DNA of 64,000 bases. Source: a virus. The DNA lies in IMG/VR virus record IMGVR_UViG_3300037467_000561; one strand, written 5' to 3'. The notes beneath the pieces were generated by a model that worked only from the letters and a program-made list of their open reading frames with translations, had not been told where the DNA came from and did no database searches. This document shows, one piece after another, positions 39,225-48,880 of this stretch. The first letter of the stretch is position 1. Each line of letters begins with the position of its first letter. Position numbers and translations under genes: made by a program.

Positions 39225-41165
39225 GTGGGGATTTATGCAGCAGATATAGAAACTACTGGATTGCTGGAGCAAATGCAGAAGCAGGCCAACCCGAAGCTGC
39301 ACAACTTCTGTGCTATTGATATCGATACGCCCCACACGATTCTTTTTGAGGGGCATCAGCGTAGTGATTTGCAGGAATTTCTGAATCAAGGCCACACCCT
39401 TGTTATGCATAATGGCAAGTTGTTCGACATGGAAGCTCTTAAGCTTCTTGGTTATGATGTGTCTCGTGTGAATCTTATCGACACTCTTGCGCTAAGCTGG
39501 TATCTTGAGCCGAACAGGATGAAGCACGGCTTGGCAGAGTATGGCGAAGAGTTTGGCGTACCTAAACCTGCTATCGAGGATTGGGAGAATCAAACACAAG
39601 AGGAATACAATCATCGCGTGCAGGAAGATTGCAAGATTCAGAAGAAGTTGTGGCAGAGGCAAGTCGCAAAGCTAAATGTGTTGTACGGCACTGGACCTGA
39701 TGCACATAAGAAGATTATTGCGTATCTGATGCAGAAGATGGAAGAGTTTCGCCAGCAACAGCAAAATCGCTGGAAGCTTGATGTAGAAGGTGCGATTGCA
39801 CTTCAAGCAGAGCTTGAGAAGGCCATTGAGGAGAAGACTGAGGCATTGCGTCAAGTTATGCCGAAGGTGCCGGAGTATGTTGTGCGCAAGCGACCGTCAG
39901 CACCGTTTAAAAAGAACGGCGATTTGTCCGAGGCTGGTAAGCGTTGGAAGGAAGTGACTGAAGAAGCAGGTCTTCCGTTTGAGCACACAGGCGACATTAA
40001 AGTGGTGAAGGAGTGGAAAGAGGGGAACCCGGCGTCGCATATTCAGATAAAAGCGTGGCTCGACAGTCTAAACTGGATTCCCGAAACCTTCAAGTTTGTC
40101 CGTGGTGAAAATGGTGAGCCAGATCGCAATATCCCGCAGATTAATCTGAAGGGTGGCGACATCTGCCAGTCAGTGAAGGATTTGATTCCAAAGTGTGAAG
40201 GTATTGAGCACATTGCAGGGTTGGGAATCCTCAATCACAGGTTGGGTGTTGTGAAAGGATTCTTGCGGGATCACATAGATGGGGAGCTTACGGCCCGTAT
40301 GCAAGGTTTCACCAACACTTTGCGCTGCCAACACCGTGAAATCGTGAATTTGCCGAGTTTACGAGTAAAGTATGGTGAACAACTTCGCGGGTTGTTGATG
40401 GCGCGGCCGGGTATGAAACTGCTTGGCTCGGATGAATCGTCGCTGGAGGACCGCCTCAAACACCATTTCCAATGGAAGCTTGATCCTGAGTACGTCAAGT
40501 CTCAGATGACGAAAGGTTTTGACCCACACAACACCATTGCAGTGATTGCAGGGCTGATGACGCAAGCTGATGCTGATTGGTACTCGCAGTACAAAGCGTT
40601 GCCAAAGGCCGAGCATACGGAAGATGGCGATAAGAAGTTTGAGAGGATTGATGCCATTCGTGCTGTTGGTAAAAGTACTAACTATGCGTGTCAGTACGGG
40701 GCAGGAGTTGCGACAATTGCTCGTACAGCTAAGGTGAGCACAGCAGTGGCGAAGAAGTTGCACGCCGCATACCACAAAATGAACTGGTCAATCGCTAAGA
40801 TCGCTAGTATGATGGTTGTCAAGAAAACTGATTTTGGAGACTGGCAGCTTAACCCCATCAACAAAATGTGGTACTCGCTCCGTTCGGACAAGGACAGATT
40901 TTCTACACTGATTCAAGGTACAGGGGCTTATACACTTGATCTGTGGCTTTATCATTGCGAGCGTCTTGCAAAACAAAGGGGATTGCGTTGGAAGCTGTTG
41001 GGTCAAATGCACGACGAACTGATAGCAGAGGTGCCAGAAGGTGAGGAAGAAGTTTATCGCCAACTTGTTTCTGATGCCATGAGAAAACTGAACGATCAAC
41101 TTAAGCTTAATAGAGAGCTTGCGTGCGATATTAATTTTGGAGATAGGTATAGTGACATCCACTGA
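39225..41165 (+). CDS. family A DNA polymerase with 3'-5' exonuclease domain
   Basis: 646 aa, GTG start after GGGAGG. Exo I ADIETTG. Motif A LLGSDESSLEDRL, motif B RAVGKSTNYACQYGAG, motif C QMHDELI. Confidence 0.9.
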   Translation: MGIYAADIETTGLLEQMQKQANPKLHNFCAIDIDTPHTILFEGHQRSDLQEFLNQGHTLVMHNGKLFDMEALKLLGYDVSRVNLIDTLALSWYLEPNRMKHGLAEYGEEFGVPKPAIEDWENQTQEEYNHRVQEDCKIQKKLWQRQVAKLNVLYGTGPDAHKKIIAYLMQKMEEFRQQQQNRWKLDVEGAIALQAELEKAIEEKTEALRQVMPKVPEYVVRKRPSAPFKKNGDLSEAGKRWKEVTEEAGLPFEHTGDIKVVKEWKEGNPASHIQIKAWLDSLNWIPETFKFVRGENGEPDRNIPQINLKGGDICQSVKDLIPKCEGIEHIAGLGILNHRLGVVKGFLRDHIDGELTARMQGFTNTLRCQHREIVNLPSLRVKYGEQLRGLLMARPGMKLLGSDESSLEDRLKHHFQWKLDPEYVKSQMTKGFDPHNTIAVIAGLMTQADADWYSQYKALPKAEHTEDGDKKFERIDAIRAVGKSTNYACQYGAGVATIARTAKVSTAVAKKLHAAYHKMNWSIAKIASMMVVKKTDFGDWQLNPINKMWYSLRSDKDRFSTLIQGTGAYTLDLWLYHCERLAKQRGLRWKLLGQMHDELIAEVPEGEEEVYRQLVSDAMRKLNDQLKLNRELACDINFGDRYSDIH

Positions 41166-41733
41166 CAAGATTGATTGGAATGAATGGTTCTATTATGATG
41201 AAACAAGTCCTAGTTGTTTGAGATGGAAGATTGCAGTAATGTCTGGAATGCACAGGAAAATAGCGCGCAGGTGCGCTGGAGAAATGGCAGGAGGGTTTTG
41301 CAAAACAACAGGAAGGTACTTCGTCAGGCTTAAGAGAAAATCGTACCTTGTTCACAGGATTATCTACGAAATGCATATGGGCAGTATTGCAGACGGATTA
41401 GTCATCGACCACATAGACGGGAATCCGTCTAATAACACTGTGAAAAATCTTAGGGTTGTCACAGGGGCTGTCAACACCAGAAATGCTAAAAGGCCATCCA
41501 CTAATAGATCTTCTGCTATGGGTGTTTCGTACCAAATCCAGCGCAGGCGGGGCAGGACTTATGAAAACTTTGTGGCGACTTGGTGCTCTTGTGGAGTACA
41601 ACATAAAAAATCATTCGCTGTCAAAAAGTATGGCTATGATGAAGCTTTCCGCCTAGCATGCGAGCATCGTGCTAAAATGATCGAAGAACTTAACCGGCAA
41701 GGGGCCGGGTACACTGAGCGTCACGGAACTTAA
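41152..41733 (+). CDS. HNH_3 + AP2 homing endonuclease
   Basis: GTG 41152 proposed (GGAGATAGG upstream). Overlaps the pol stop. LVHRIIYEMHMG...LVIDHIDGNPSNNTVKNLRVVT..NTRN, then AP2-like GVSY...FVATW...KSFAVKKYGYDEAFRLACEHR. Confidence 0.8.
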   Translation: MTSTDKIDWNEWFYYDETSPSCLRWKIAVMSGMHRKIARRCAGEMAGGFCKTTGRYFVRLKRKSYLVHRIIYEMHMGSIADGLVIDHIDGNPSNNTVKNLRVVTGAVNTRNAKRPSTNRSSAMGVSYQIQRRRGRTYENFVATWCSCGVQHKKSFAVKKYGYDEAFRLACEHRAKMIEELNRQGAGYTERHGT

Positions 41734-41749
41734 CAAGGACAACACAGAA

Positions 41750-41938
41750 ATGCGTTTTAAATCGTACTACGAAGGGCAAGCGGCGTATGCAAAAGGTAAA
41801 ACCATCAACCCATACGAAGAGGGCACAGATGAGCATGAATACTGGCAAGACGGCTTCGACCACGCCCATCAGGCAGACATCGACAAAGAATACATCACAA
41901 ACGTACGGAGCAGGAATGCGCAACAATTTTACGAATAG
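41750..41938 (+). CDS. Rmf-like small protein (62 aa)
   Basis: SYYEGQAAYAKGKTINPYEEGTDEHEYWQDGFDHA fits the same pattern as 15667 and 18275. Confidence 0.45.
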   Translation: MRFKSYYEGQAAYAKGKTINPYEEGTDEHEYWQDGFDHAHQADIDKEYITNVRSRNAQQFYE

Positions 41939-42001
41939 TCGTGATGTTGCTTGGAATGGTTCGACTTGGCAGTATGTGCCCAACAGATTTTACACGGAGG
42001 A

Positions 42002-42211
42002 ATGATGGAATCCGAACAACAGCTTGAAGAAAGCTTCGAACGTTATGCAAAGAAGCGTATCAGTCTAGTCAAGCTTTGCAAGAAGTTCGTTGACGACAAC
42101 AAAATCACCTGCGAGGAATGCATCTCTCAAACCGACCGCGTGATTGAAAACGCTTACGAATTTATCGCGAATATTTGTGACATTGTTGGGTATTATAAGG
42201 ACAACCAATGA
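42002..42211 (+). CDS. hypothetical protein (69 aa)
   Basis: ATG 42002 after GGAGGA. Confidence 0.5.
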   Translation: MMESEQQLEESFERYAKKRISLVKLCKKFVDDNKITCEECISQTDRVIENAYEFIANICDIVGYYKDNQ

Positions 42212-42360
42212 ACCTAACCTTTCGAGTACAAATTGACAACGTCCCTGAGCTATATCTTTCAGAAGATGTCTCTGCCATCACTATGCTTTGGGTGAAGCAG
42301 AAGCTGCAAGAAATTGCAGAGGGACTTGAGGGCAACTTACATGATGTGGAGATGGGATGA
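42208..42360 (+). CDS. hypothetical protein (50 aa), below the track cutoff
   Basis: ATGA coupled at both ends. Confidence 0.4.
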   Translation: MNLTFRVQIDNVPELYLSEDVSAITMLWVKQKLQEIAEGLEGNLHDVEMG

Positions 42361-42764
42361 GTAAGAAATTTACGTTTGATGCTATAGGGCGTGACCCTTA
42401 TCCAGAAGAGATTGAATGGGCTGAAGAGTTTCGTCAGAAGTATTGTACTGAGAAACAATCTGTGTATGTAAACCTACCATACGAACTTTTCAATGTTGAA
42501 AAAGACCTTACAGGAAGGATTGCACAAGTAACATCTTGGTTCCGTCCGATTACGTACGAGACACCACAGTTTCGTGTAAAACTTACAAATAAGCAATGGG
42601 CGGATTTTGTTTCTTCTGCTGAAATGAAAACTTTGTACACTTTTTATGTTAAAGCCTCTGTAGAGAAGATTAAACCTTCTGACGGAGGCACTTACGAAAA
42701 CTGGATGCAACTCGCTAACGTTTTGTTTTATGTTGAACATGGCACCCCGACACAAACCATCTAA
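42357..42764 (+). CDS. hypothetical protein (135 aa)
   Basis: Coupled ORF. Confidence 0.55.
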   Translation: MSKKFTFDAIGRDPYPEEIEWAEEFRQKYCTEKQSVYVNLPYELFNVEKDLTGRIAQVTSWFRPITYETPQFRVKLTNKQWADFVSSAEMKTLYTFYVKASVEKIKPSDGGTYENWMQLANVLFYVEHGTPTQTI

Positions 42765-43131
42765 CCAGCTTCGTGCCACAACGAGGGAAGCATCTGACGA
42801 GGACTATGCGAAGCTTGCTGCTGTCGTTGTCTCGGCAATTGTGAATAAATGCCGAGATGTTGTGCTGAAGATGCCTTACTTTGTAGAGCTAGACCCCACG
42901 TTCCCAAAAGGGGTACTTTACAAGAAGGATAAGATGTACAACTATTATCGCGCCAAGGCGTTTAAGCTGATGGATTGGCTCTACAAAAATGGTCACGCAA
43001 CACAAGATGCTAAAGGTGTGGTAAAAAGCTTACGCACGGTAAACAATCTTGTAGGCGAGATCGATAGAATGCTTGTGTCGCCGGAGAAAATGGTGTACAA
43101 TGACGTTTTAGTGGATAAGGAGGATGTGTGA
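42730..43131 (+). CDS. hypothetical protein (133 aa)
   Basis: The start is uncertain (ATG 42730 or 42739). Both overlap the upstream gene. Confidence 0.5.
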   Translation: MLNMAPRHKPSNQLRATTREASDEDYAKLAAVVVSAIVNKCRDVVLKMPYFVELDPTFPKGVLYKKDKMYNYYRAKAFKLMDWLYKNGHATQDAKGVVKSLRTVNNLVGEIDRMLVSPEKMVYNDVLVDKEDV

Positions 43132-43271
43132 CTAAGGAAGAAATTGAACTTCACCTAGAATATCTAGCATCTCGTAAGGACAAGCTAATGAACCAGTTGG
43201 CAATTGTTCTGTCTGAACAGAAACGCTACGAGTCGATGCTAAACAAAATGCACGAGCTAGAAAATGAGTGA
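43128..43271 (+). CDS. small coiled-coil protein (47 aa)
   Basis: GTG after AGGAGGA, overlapping the upstream TGA. Confidence 0.35.
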   Translation: MTKEEIELHLEYLASRKDKLMNQLAIVLSEQKRYESMLNKMHELENE

Positions 43272-43330
43272 GCTACAATACAGACTCATGCTCGTAAAAA
43301 TCGGCTTGTTGTTAATTTGGGAGGACATTC

Positions 43331-43582
43331 TTGATTTATTCAGAATCAAATAAACAATTCTTCACCCGTAAAATTGAACTCAGGGGAGTTCAGCTAGATG
43401 TCGAATTCAGGTTCTACCAAGCAATCCCTGCAACAGCCGATGAGCCAGAATCGCCAGAGGAGGTGATTGTAGAGGCTGTGTTCATTGACGGTATTGAGAT
43501 TAGCAACTTGTTGGGCGAGAAGGCTTGGCAGGAAATCGAACAAGCTATATTGAAACTTTGGGATGATAAGGAGGGTGCGTGA
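43331..43582 (+). CDS. hypothetical protein (83 aa)
   Basis: TTG start 6 nt after GGGAGG. Confidence 0.5.
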   Translation: MIYSESNKQFFTRKIELRGVQLDVEFRFYQAIPATADEPESPEEVIVEAVFIDGIEISNLLGEKAWQEIEQAILKLWDDKEGA

Positions 43583-43779
43583 ATAAGCTGTACATTACAA
43601 AAGAGCAGTTCGATACTCTCGTGAATCTGCCCGCTGTGAAAGAGCGGTACACTTTTTACAAGCAGCAATTCACGGATATTGTAGAAGGTTCGGAAATCGC
43701 AAGCTGTCATAAGCAGTGGATTAAATTCGCGGGCGTGGACTTTATTGCCGTATCGGACGAGACAAAGGGAACGGAATGA
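43579..43779 (+). CDS. hypothetical protein (66 aa)
   Basis: GTG start overlapping TGA. Confidence 0.5.
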   Translation: MNKLYITKEQFDTLVNLPAVKERYTFYKQQFTDIVEGSEIASCHKQWIKFAGVDFIAVSDETKGTE

Positions 43780-43982
43780 CAATCTTCTATATCGTGTGCT
43801 GCCTGCTCTGCATGGCGCTTATTCTGTGCAACATCTACTTCGCAGATGACAAGCTTACTACTGGTCAATTAATAACTGCTGTGGTGTGGGGATTACTGCC
43901 ATTTTTCAACACAGTTTTTCTTGTGATGCTTGTAATGGTGGCTTGGAAGCAGGCTGCTAAGGAGGCTAATAAGGATATGTAG
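43776..43982 (+). CDS. membrane protein (68 aa, two TM)
   Basis: ATGA coupling. IFYIVCCLLCMALILCNIYF and VVWGLLPFFNTVFLVMLVMVAW. Confidence 0.55.
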   Translation: MTIFYIVCCLLCMALILCNIYFADDKLTTGQLITAVVWGLLPFFNTVFLVMLVMVAWKQAAKEANKDM

Positions 43983-44072
43983 CCTCTGCATTCTCAGGGG
44001 CGCGAAGGAGGAATCGTCAAGTGGCATTCCGCAAGTGCTGTAAATTTATAACTCAAGTGAAAAGGAAACAAA

Positions 44073-44714
44073 ATGGCTGATAAAAATCAATACGGTGTTC
44101 TGAACAATGTTGTGCTGGCATACGCTAAGATCGCTGAACCGGTTAAGAAGTATCAATCTGAAGACCTCGTGTACGAAGTTGACTGCATCGTTGATAAAGC
44201 AACTGCTAAAGCTTGGAACAAGCAATTCTCCAAGCAGAAAGCTAAAGAGCTTGATGCAGAAGAGTTTACCGAGAAATTCAAGATGGACCCTCCGTTCGGT
44301 GGCGAAGAAGTGTTTGTCATCAAAATGCGCAAGCCTGCATCGAAAGATGGCGAGATGTACGACGAGAAGTATCGCCCGAAAGTTCTGCTGGACACGGCAG
44401 ATGGTGAGCGTGTGGACATCACGCAATCGCGCCTGATTAGCAATGGCTCGAAAGCTAAAGTGTCGTATCGTATAACCGAAAACTCGTTCGGTACGTTCGG
44501 TCAACTGAATAACATTCTTATGGATGAAGAAGGTTTTATCGAGTACAAGTCGTCGGGCGGCGGTGCAGCGGGAAGTGAGTTTGGCGATGTCAAGCCCGTG
44601 AAGGTTGAGGAAGCTAAAGAGTCTGCTACGAAGGCTCGTGCCAACAAAGCTAAACAGCAAACCAAAGAGTACGACGAGCCAACACAAGAGGAACTTGACT
44701 CGGCGCCTTTTTGA
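44073..44714 (+). CDS. ssDNA-binding protein, T7 gp2.5-like
   Basis: 213 aa. OB-fold-like N-terminus, Gly-rich linker, acidic C-terminal tail ending in Phe (EEELDSAPF) as in gp2.5-type SSBs. Confidence 0.7.
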   Translation: MADKNQYGVLNNVVLAYAKIAEPVKKYQSEDLVYEVDCIVDKATAKAWNKQFSKQKAKELDAEEFTEKFKMDPPFGGEEVFVIKMRKPASKDGEMYDEKYRPKVLLDTADGERVDITQSRLISNGSKAKVSYRITENSFGTFGQLNNILMDEEGFIEYKSSGGGAAGSEFGDVKPVKVEEAKESATKARANKAKQQTKEYDEPTQEELDSAPF

Positions 44715-44740
44715 GATGACAACATTGTAGAGTAACATCT

Positions 44741-44777
44741 GCCCCTGCACTCGAAAGGGTGTTGGGGCTTTATTGTT
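44741..44777 (+). terminator. intrinsic terminator
   Basis: GCCCC...GGGGC stem followed by TTTATTGTT. Confidence 0.55.
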
Positions 44778-44786
44778 AGGAGGCTT

Positions 44787-45743
44787 ATGAGAAAGTATGA
44801 CCTATATTGCGACTTCGACACAGCCCTTGTCTCTGCCGCCGCTGCACAACAAAAGAACACAATCTTTGCTAGGCACATTGCTTCCGGAAGAAAGAAAGAG
44901 TACGATAACCGTACAGCATTTAAGAATTGGCTGAAAGAGAATCCTAAGTGGAAAGCTGAGCAGTTTGAAATTGAAGACAACGTAACGATTGTAGGAAGTG
45001 TCAACAATGCTGTTGAGGGTTTGTTGGGTCGAATGAATGACATCAACGAGAGTAACCCTGTCAAGAGTGTTAAGTTTATTGTAGGCGGACCTCACGGAAA
45101 CTTCCGAGATAAGATTGCTAGGATTCAGCCGTACAAGGGGCAACGTGCTGCAAAGCCATTGCTGTTCAACGACATTAAGGCCAAGCTGCTAAGACGCATT
45201 CCTGAGTACATTGTGCAACCCGAAACCAATATTGAGAGCGACGACATTTGTAGCATCTGGCTTGCTGAACATCGTGAACACGGCGAAGACTCTGACAGGG
45301 CGATCAGCAGCCCCGATAAGGACTTGAAGATGTGTGTTGGTTGGCATACCGATGCTACGAGATGGGATGATGCTGCAACCTACGTCGAGGATTTTGAAGG
45401 GTTCTACCAGCTTGCCTATCAAAGTTTGCGAGGAGATAGCATCGATAATATTATGGGAATTCCGCACGCTGTAGATTCTGTGCGAGAGAAGTTTGGCATT
45501 CGCAAGGGTAAAGGGTTTGGGGAAGTTGCTGCTACTAAATGCCTTGTAGGGTGCGAGACAAAAGAAGAACTTGCTAAGCGGGTTGCTTGGGTTTATCAGG
45601 AAACTTTTAAGGACGGGTATCAGTTGGCTGACGGTACGACCTTATCTTGGGTGGAAGTGATGGATGAAAATGTTATGCTTCTTAAGATGCTTGACTATGT
45701 TGGTCAGCAATATAAATTTAGTGAGGAGTGGGCTCTGGTATGA
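44787..45743 (+). CDS. 5'-3' exonuclease / flap endonuclease (T7 gp6 / FEN-like)
   Basis: 318 aa. NIESDDICSIW, ISSPDKDLKM and SLRGDSIDNIMGIP match FEN-family acidic clusters and the GDxxDNIxG motif. Confidence 0.7.
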   Translation: MRKYDLYCDFDTALVSAAAAQQKNTIFARHIASGRKKEYDNRTAFKNWLKENPKWKAEQFEIEDNVTIVGSVNNAVEGLLGRMNDINESNPVKSVKFIVGGPHGNFRDKIARIQPYKGQRAAKPLLFNDIKAKLLRRIPEYIVQPETNIESDDICSIWLAEHREHGEDSDRAISSPDKDLKMCVGWHTDATRWDDAATYVEDFEGFYQLAYQSLRGDSIDNIMGIPHAVDSVREKFGIRKGKGFGEVAATKCLVGCETKEELAKRVAWVYQETFKDGYQLADGTTLSWVEVMDENVMLLKMLDYVGQQYKFSEEWALV

Positions 45744-45955
45744 ACAAGAAAATCACTTTCGTAACAAACGAGGACGACTGGGAAGGGCTGTATATTGATG
45801 GTGAGCTTGAGGTGGAAGCCCACAGGCTTAGCGTAGAAGATGTGCTGGCCGTACTCGGCATTTACGCAGAGTATATTACTTGCGACCAAGATTGGCTTTT
45901 CGACCGAGGATATCTGCCTAGCGACCTCAAAGACGTGGTGGTGAGCGATGACTAA
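45740..45955 (+). CDS. hypothetical protein (71 aa)
   Basis: ATGA coupling at 45740. Confidence 0.5.
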   Translation: MNKKITFVTNEDDWEGLYIDGELEVEAHRLSVEDVLAVLGIYAEYITCDQDWLFDRGYLPSDLKDVVVSDD

Positions 45956-46145
45956 ACAATCCTGCCCCGTACGCTACATGCCAGTAGAAACTTGGTATGG
46001 CTGGAAAGTAGTTGACACACTAACTTACGAAGAACGTGTTGTGAAGCGTTTCATTGGTTGGGATATTAGCGGCCTTAAGATTCTTAACGTGTACCACTAT
46101 GTCCGCAACAAGAACGAAGCGGAGGGATATGTCTACAAGCCGTAA
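45948..46145 (+). CDS. hypothetical protein (65 aa)
   Basis: Overlapping start. Confidence 0.5.
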   Translation: MTKQSCPVRYMPVETWYGWKVVDTLTYEERVVKRFIGWDISGLKILNVYHYVRNKNEAEGYVYKP

Positions 46146-46689
46146 AGATGCTAAGCCGTGGGAGGAAGAAGGCAACCCTTGGGGAAGTGAGTCAAAGTTC
46201 ATCACATGGGTGCGAGGCGTATTGCGAAAAGGTTGGTCAAAGTATCCGTTGAAGCACTTGTACAAACAGTCTAAGCGGCGCAAGATTCCTAACCCCAAGG
46301 AGAAGTTCTCCAAAAATCATGCAGAGATTTGGGGTATTGACTGTGAAGTGTGCGGCTTACCTCACGTCCAGGGTGACATTGAAATTGACCACATCGGTGA
46401 CAGCGGAACCCTGAAAAGTATGAGTGATGTAGAGGGATATGCTAGACATCTCTTCATGCTGACGTATAAGGACATGCGATGCGTATGCAAGACTTGCCAC
46501 GACGTAATTTCGCATCAACAGAAGAACCCTGGCATGTCCTTTGAAGACGCCAAGATTGATAAGGAAGTTATCGCGCTTATGAAAGACAAGAAAAAAGTTC
46601 TTGCACTGCTTCAACAACAAGGGTATAATTGTAAGAACGATTTGCAAAGAAGGGAAGCTTTGACAGAGATTCTTAAGGGGAAGAAGTAA
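46129..46689 (+). CDS. HNH endonuclease
   Basis: ATG 46129 proposed. CEVCGL...IEIDHIGDSG...CKTCHDVISH (CxxC...DH...CxxCH). Confidence 0.7.
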   Translation: MSTSRKDAKPWEEEGNPWGSESKFITWVRGVLRKGWSKYPLKHLYKQSKRRKIPNPKEKFSKNHAEIWGIDCEVCGLPHVQGDIEIDHIGDSGTLKSMSDVEGYARHLFMLTYKDMRCVCKTCHDVISHQQKNPGMSFEDAKIDKEVIALMKDKKKVLALLQQQGYNCKNDLQRREALTEILKGKK

Positions 46690-46889
46690 TGCAACAATTT
46701 TTATTTGAAGATGACGACGGGTCGCAAGGGGTTGTTTCCGCGCACTTCTACGGGCGAAACACAAGCTTAGTTGTTGTACACGATGCTGACAGAGATGCCG
46801 TACAATTCTACGAGGAGGACATTCCAAAGCTTATTAGAGCGTTGCAGCAGGCCCATGACTACATTCAACAGCAAAAGGAGAAGAAATGA
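46689..46889 (+). CDS. hypothetical protein (66 aa)
   Basis: TAATG coupling. Confidence 0.5.
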   Translation: MQQFLFEDDDGSQGVVSAHFYGRNTSLVVVHDADRDAVQFYEEDIPKLIRALQQAHDYIQQQKEKK

Positions 46890-47530
46890 AACTGCCAGAT
46901 AAGTTTCAAATGCGTGTTAGCCGCATCCCCGGTTTCACACACACTGTCACTAAAAACACTCACGGAGACTACGAAGTGAATTGGGCACGAGGGTATCCCA
47001 ACAAGATTGGTTCTTTGCCACGCAAGACGTTTGATGAGGGGTATGTCGATCAGACAGTCGAAAGTGGTGAATGGATTGTTGTAGAGGACACGCCGAAGCA
47101 AGACGATATGAAGCTGCCGGATGAGTTTTACTACCGCCACAGATACGGGCACGTCAGCGGTTTTGCGAAGCGGGTTGCAAACGGCTTTGACATAATTTGG
47201 GCTGATTGTGACGGCTGTATCTTTTTTGCGGAAAGCTTGGTGAATTATTTTGTAGACAACGGGTTGTGGAAAATCCTCGACAAGCGCCCACTCACAGCCG
47301 AACAACAACGAACTCTGAAAAACTTCCAAGAACAAGTGGCACAACTCGACAGCAGCATCAAGCTTAACGAACAAACAATTGAGCATCACACGCGACTCAT
47401 CGCCAATTATAAATCTCGACAAGATGATCTCCGAGACAAGATTGCTGAGATTATGGGCGAGGAACTTCCTAGCGTTACGAAGGCGAAAGCGCTGAAGGCT
47501 GAATTGGGTAAACTGAAGGGGAATGTGTAA
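46886..47530 (+). CDS. hypothetical protein (214 aa) with internal duplication
   Basis: MKLPDKFQMR... and ...MKLPDEFYYRHR. C-terminal coiled coil. Confidence 0.55.
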   Translation: MKLPDKFQMRVSRIPGFTHTVTKNTHGDYEVNWARGYPNKIGSLPRKTFDEGYVDQTVESGEWIVVEDTPKQDDMKLPDEFYYRHRYGHVSGFAKRVANGFDIIWADCDGCIFFAESLVNYFVDNGLWKILDKRPLTAEQQRTLKNFQEQVAQLDSSIKLNEQTIEHHTRLIANYKSRQDDLRDKIAEIMGEELPSVTKAKALKAELGKLKGNV

Positions 47531-47757
47531 TGGCAAAAGCTTGGGACTATCGCGTTGCAGTTAATGTGGATGATGACTGCTATGATGTCGTTGAAGTTTA
47601 TTATGATAACTCGGGGAAGATTGAAGGTTGGTGCGCAGCGTCAGTGAACGGTTGGGAGCAAATGGAAGATATCCAAAACACGCTGGAGCGAATGCTTAAG
47701 GCTTTCAATAAGAAACCTGTCAAACTTGAAGACGAAGTGGTGAGGGAATACGAATGA
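47530..47757 (+). CDS. hypothetical protein (75 aa)
   Basis: TAATG coupling. Confidence 0.5.
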   Translation: MAKAWDYRVAVNVDDDCYDVVEVYYDNSGKIEGWCAASVNGWEQMEDIQNTLERMLKAFNKKPVKLEDEVVREYE

Positions 47758-47933
47758 GCCATATTGCAACTGTAGAAACTAATAAGCTTCTTGAGGAAGT
47801 GTTGTACGAGCTTCGGGAAATTCGCAAAGCACTTGAGGTCAGCGTTGAAGTACAAAATAAGATTTCCGCTACCTGTTCAGATTCGGCGAATATTGATTTT
47901 TATGAAATCCTCAAGCATAAGGAAATTCGATGA
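47754..47933 (+). CDS. hypothetical protein (59 aa), below the track cutoff
   Basis: ATGA coupled at both ends. Confidence 0.45.
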   Translation: MSHIATVETNKLLEEVLYELREIRKALEVSVEVQNKISATCSDSANIDFYEILKHKEIR

Positions 47934-48880
47934 ATATTGCTGATAAAGACTGGTGCGTTGAAGCTGTCAAGATGGCTAACGAAAATCCTGAAATGTCGTG
48001 GCGTGAAATCTCTCGCCGGATTGGTGTTGCGAAGTCCACCGTGTCCGACAACCTCCGCAAATACTTCAAGTTCCGTGAAACTGAAGTGGAAGCTGTAGAA
48101 GGAACTGTACCTAAAGGTGCTAAGATTCTTCTGCTGGATATCGAATGCGCTCCCACCACTGCGTACGTATGGGGTCGTTGGGATAACAATGTTAGCCAGA
48201 AGCAAGTGGTGCACGAGGGTTATCTGCTGACGTATTCTGCAAAGTGGCTTGGAGAACCTACCATTGTGTCGAATCGAATCTACGAAGCGCGGAACGATGA
48301 AGTGTTGGTGCGAGAGCTTGCAGACCTGATGAGCCAAGCGGACCTGTGTGTGGCTCATAACGCTCAAAAGTTCGACATTCCACTTATCAAGACTCGCATG
48401 GTTGCTCTTGGCATGACCCCACCGGCACCTAGCAAGATTGTGGATACGCTTCGGATTGCAAAGGCTGAGTTCCGCTTCCCGAGCAACAGTCTTGACAGCA
48501 TTGCGGCGTACTTGGGATTGCAACGTAAAGCAAGCCACAGCGGCTTTGAACTGTGGACTCGCTGCATGGCGATGGATGACGAAGCATTCGAGGAGATGCT
48601 TGAATACAACATTCAGGACGTTGTGGTGCTGGAAGAAGTGTATATGCGGCTGCGCCATTGGAGCAAGACACACCCCAACGTTGCTTTGTACGAGCCTGCT
48701 GGCAAGCTTCGTTGTGTATGCTGTGGCAGTGAGAAGCTGGCTGATATTGACAAGAAATATTACACTGCAACGTCGGAGTTTATGCTGTATAATTGCCTTT
48801 CTTGTGGGAAGCAGAATCGGGGACGTAAGAATGTCTCTGAGCACAAGATTGATAACAGTCTTGCGAATGTGGGGAAATAA
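47930..48880 (+). CDS. HTH + DEDD-type 3'-5' exonuclease (RNase H fold) + C-terminal Zn-ribbon protein
   Basis: GVAKSTVSDNLRKY. ILLLDIECAP (Exo I), VAHNAQKFDIPLI, YNIQDVVVLEEVY. CVCCG...CLSCG. Confidence 0.65.
   Translation: MNIADKDWCVEAVKMANENPEMSWREISRRIGVAKSTVSDNLRKYFKFRETEVEAVEGTVPKGAKILLLDIECAPTTAYVWGRWDNNVSQKQVVHEGYLLTYSAKWLGEPTIVSNRIYEARNDEVLVRELADLMSQADLCVAHNAQKFDIPLIKTRMVALGMTPPAPSKIVDTLRIAKAEFRFPSNSLDSIAAYLGLQRKASHSGFELWTRCMAMDDEAFEEMLEYNIQDVVVLEEVYMRLRHWSKTHPNVALYEPAGKLRCVCCGSEKLADIDKKYYTATSEFMLYNCLSCGKQNRGRKNVSEHKIDNSLANVGK

Noticed and set aside
44046-45064. Antisense ORFs opposite the SSB and exonuclease genes (44046-44750 -, 44501-45064 -).
   Set aside because: These are shadow ORFs. 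The sense genes have strong RBS and family motifs.
46865-48844. Antisense ORFs 46865-47536 (-) and 47900-48844 (-).
   Set aside because: They oppose a continuous run of translationally coupled plus-strand genes and have no RBS.
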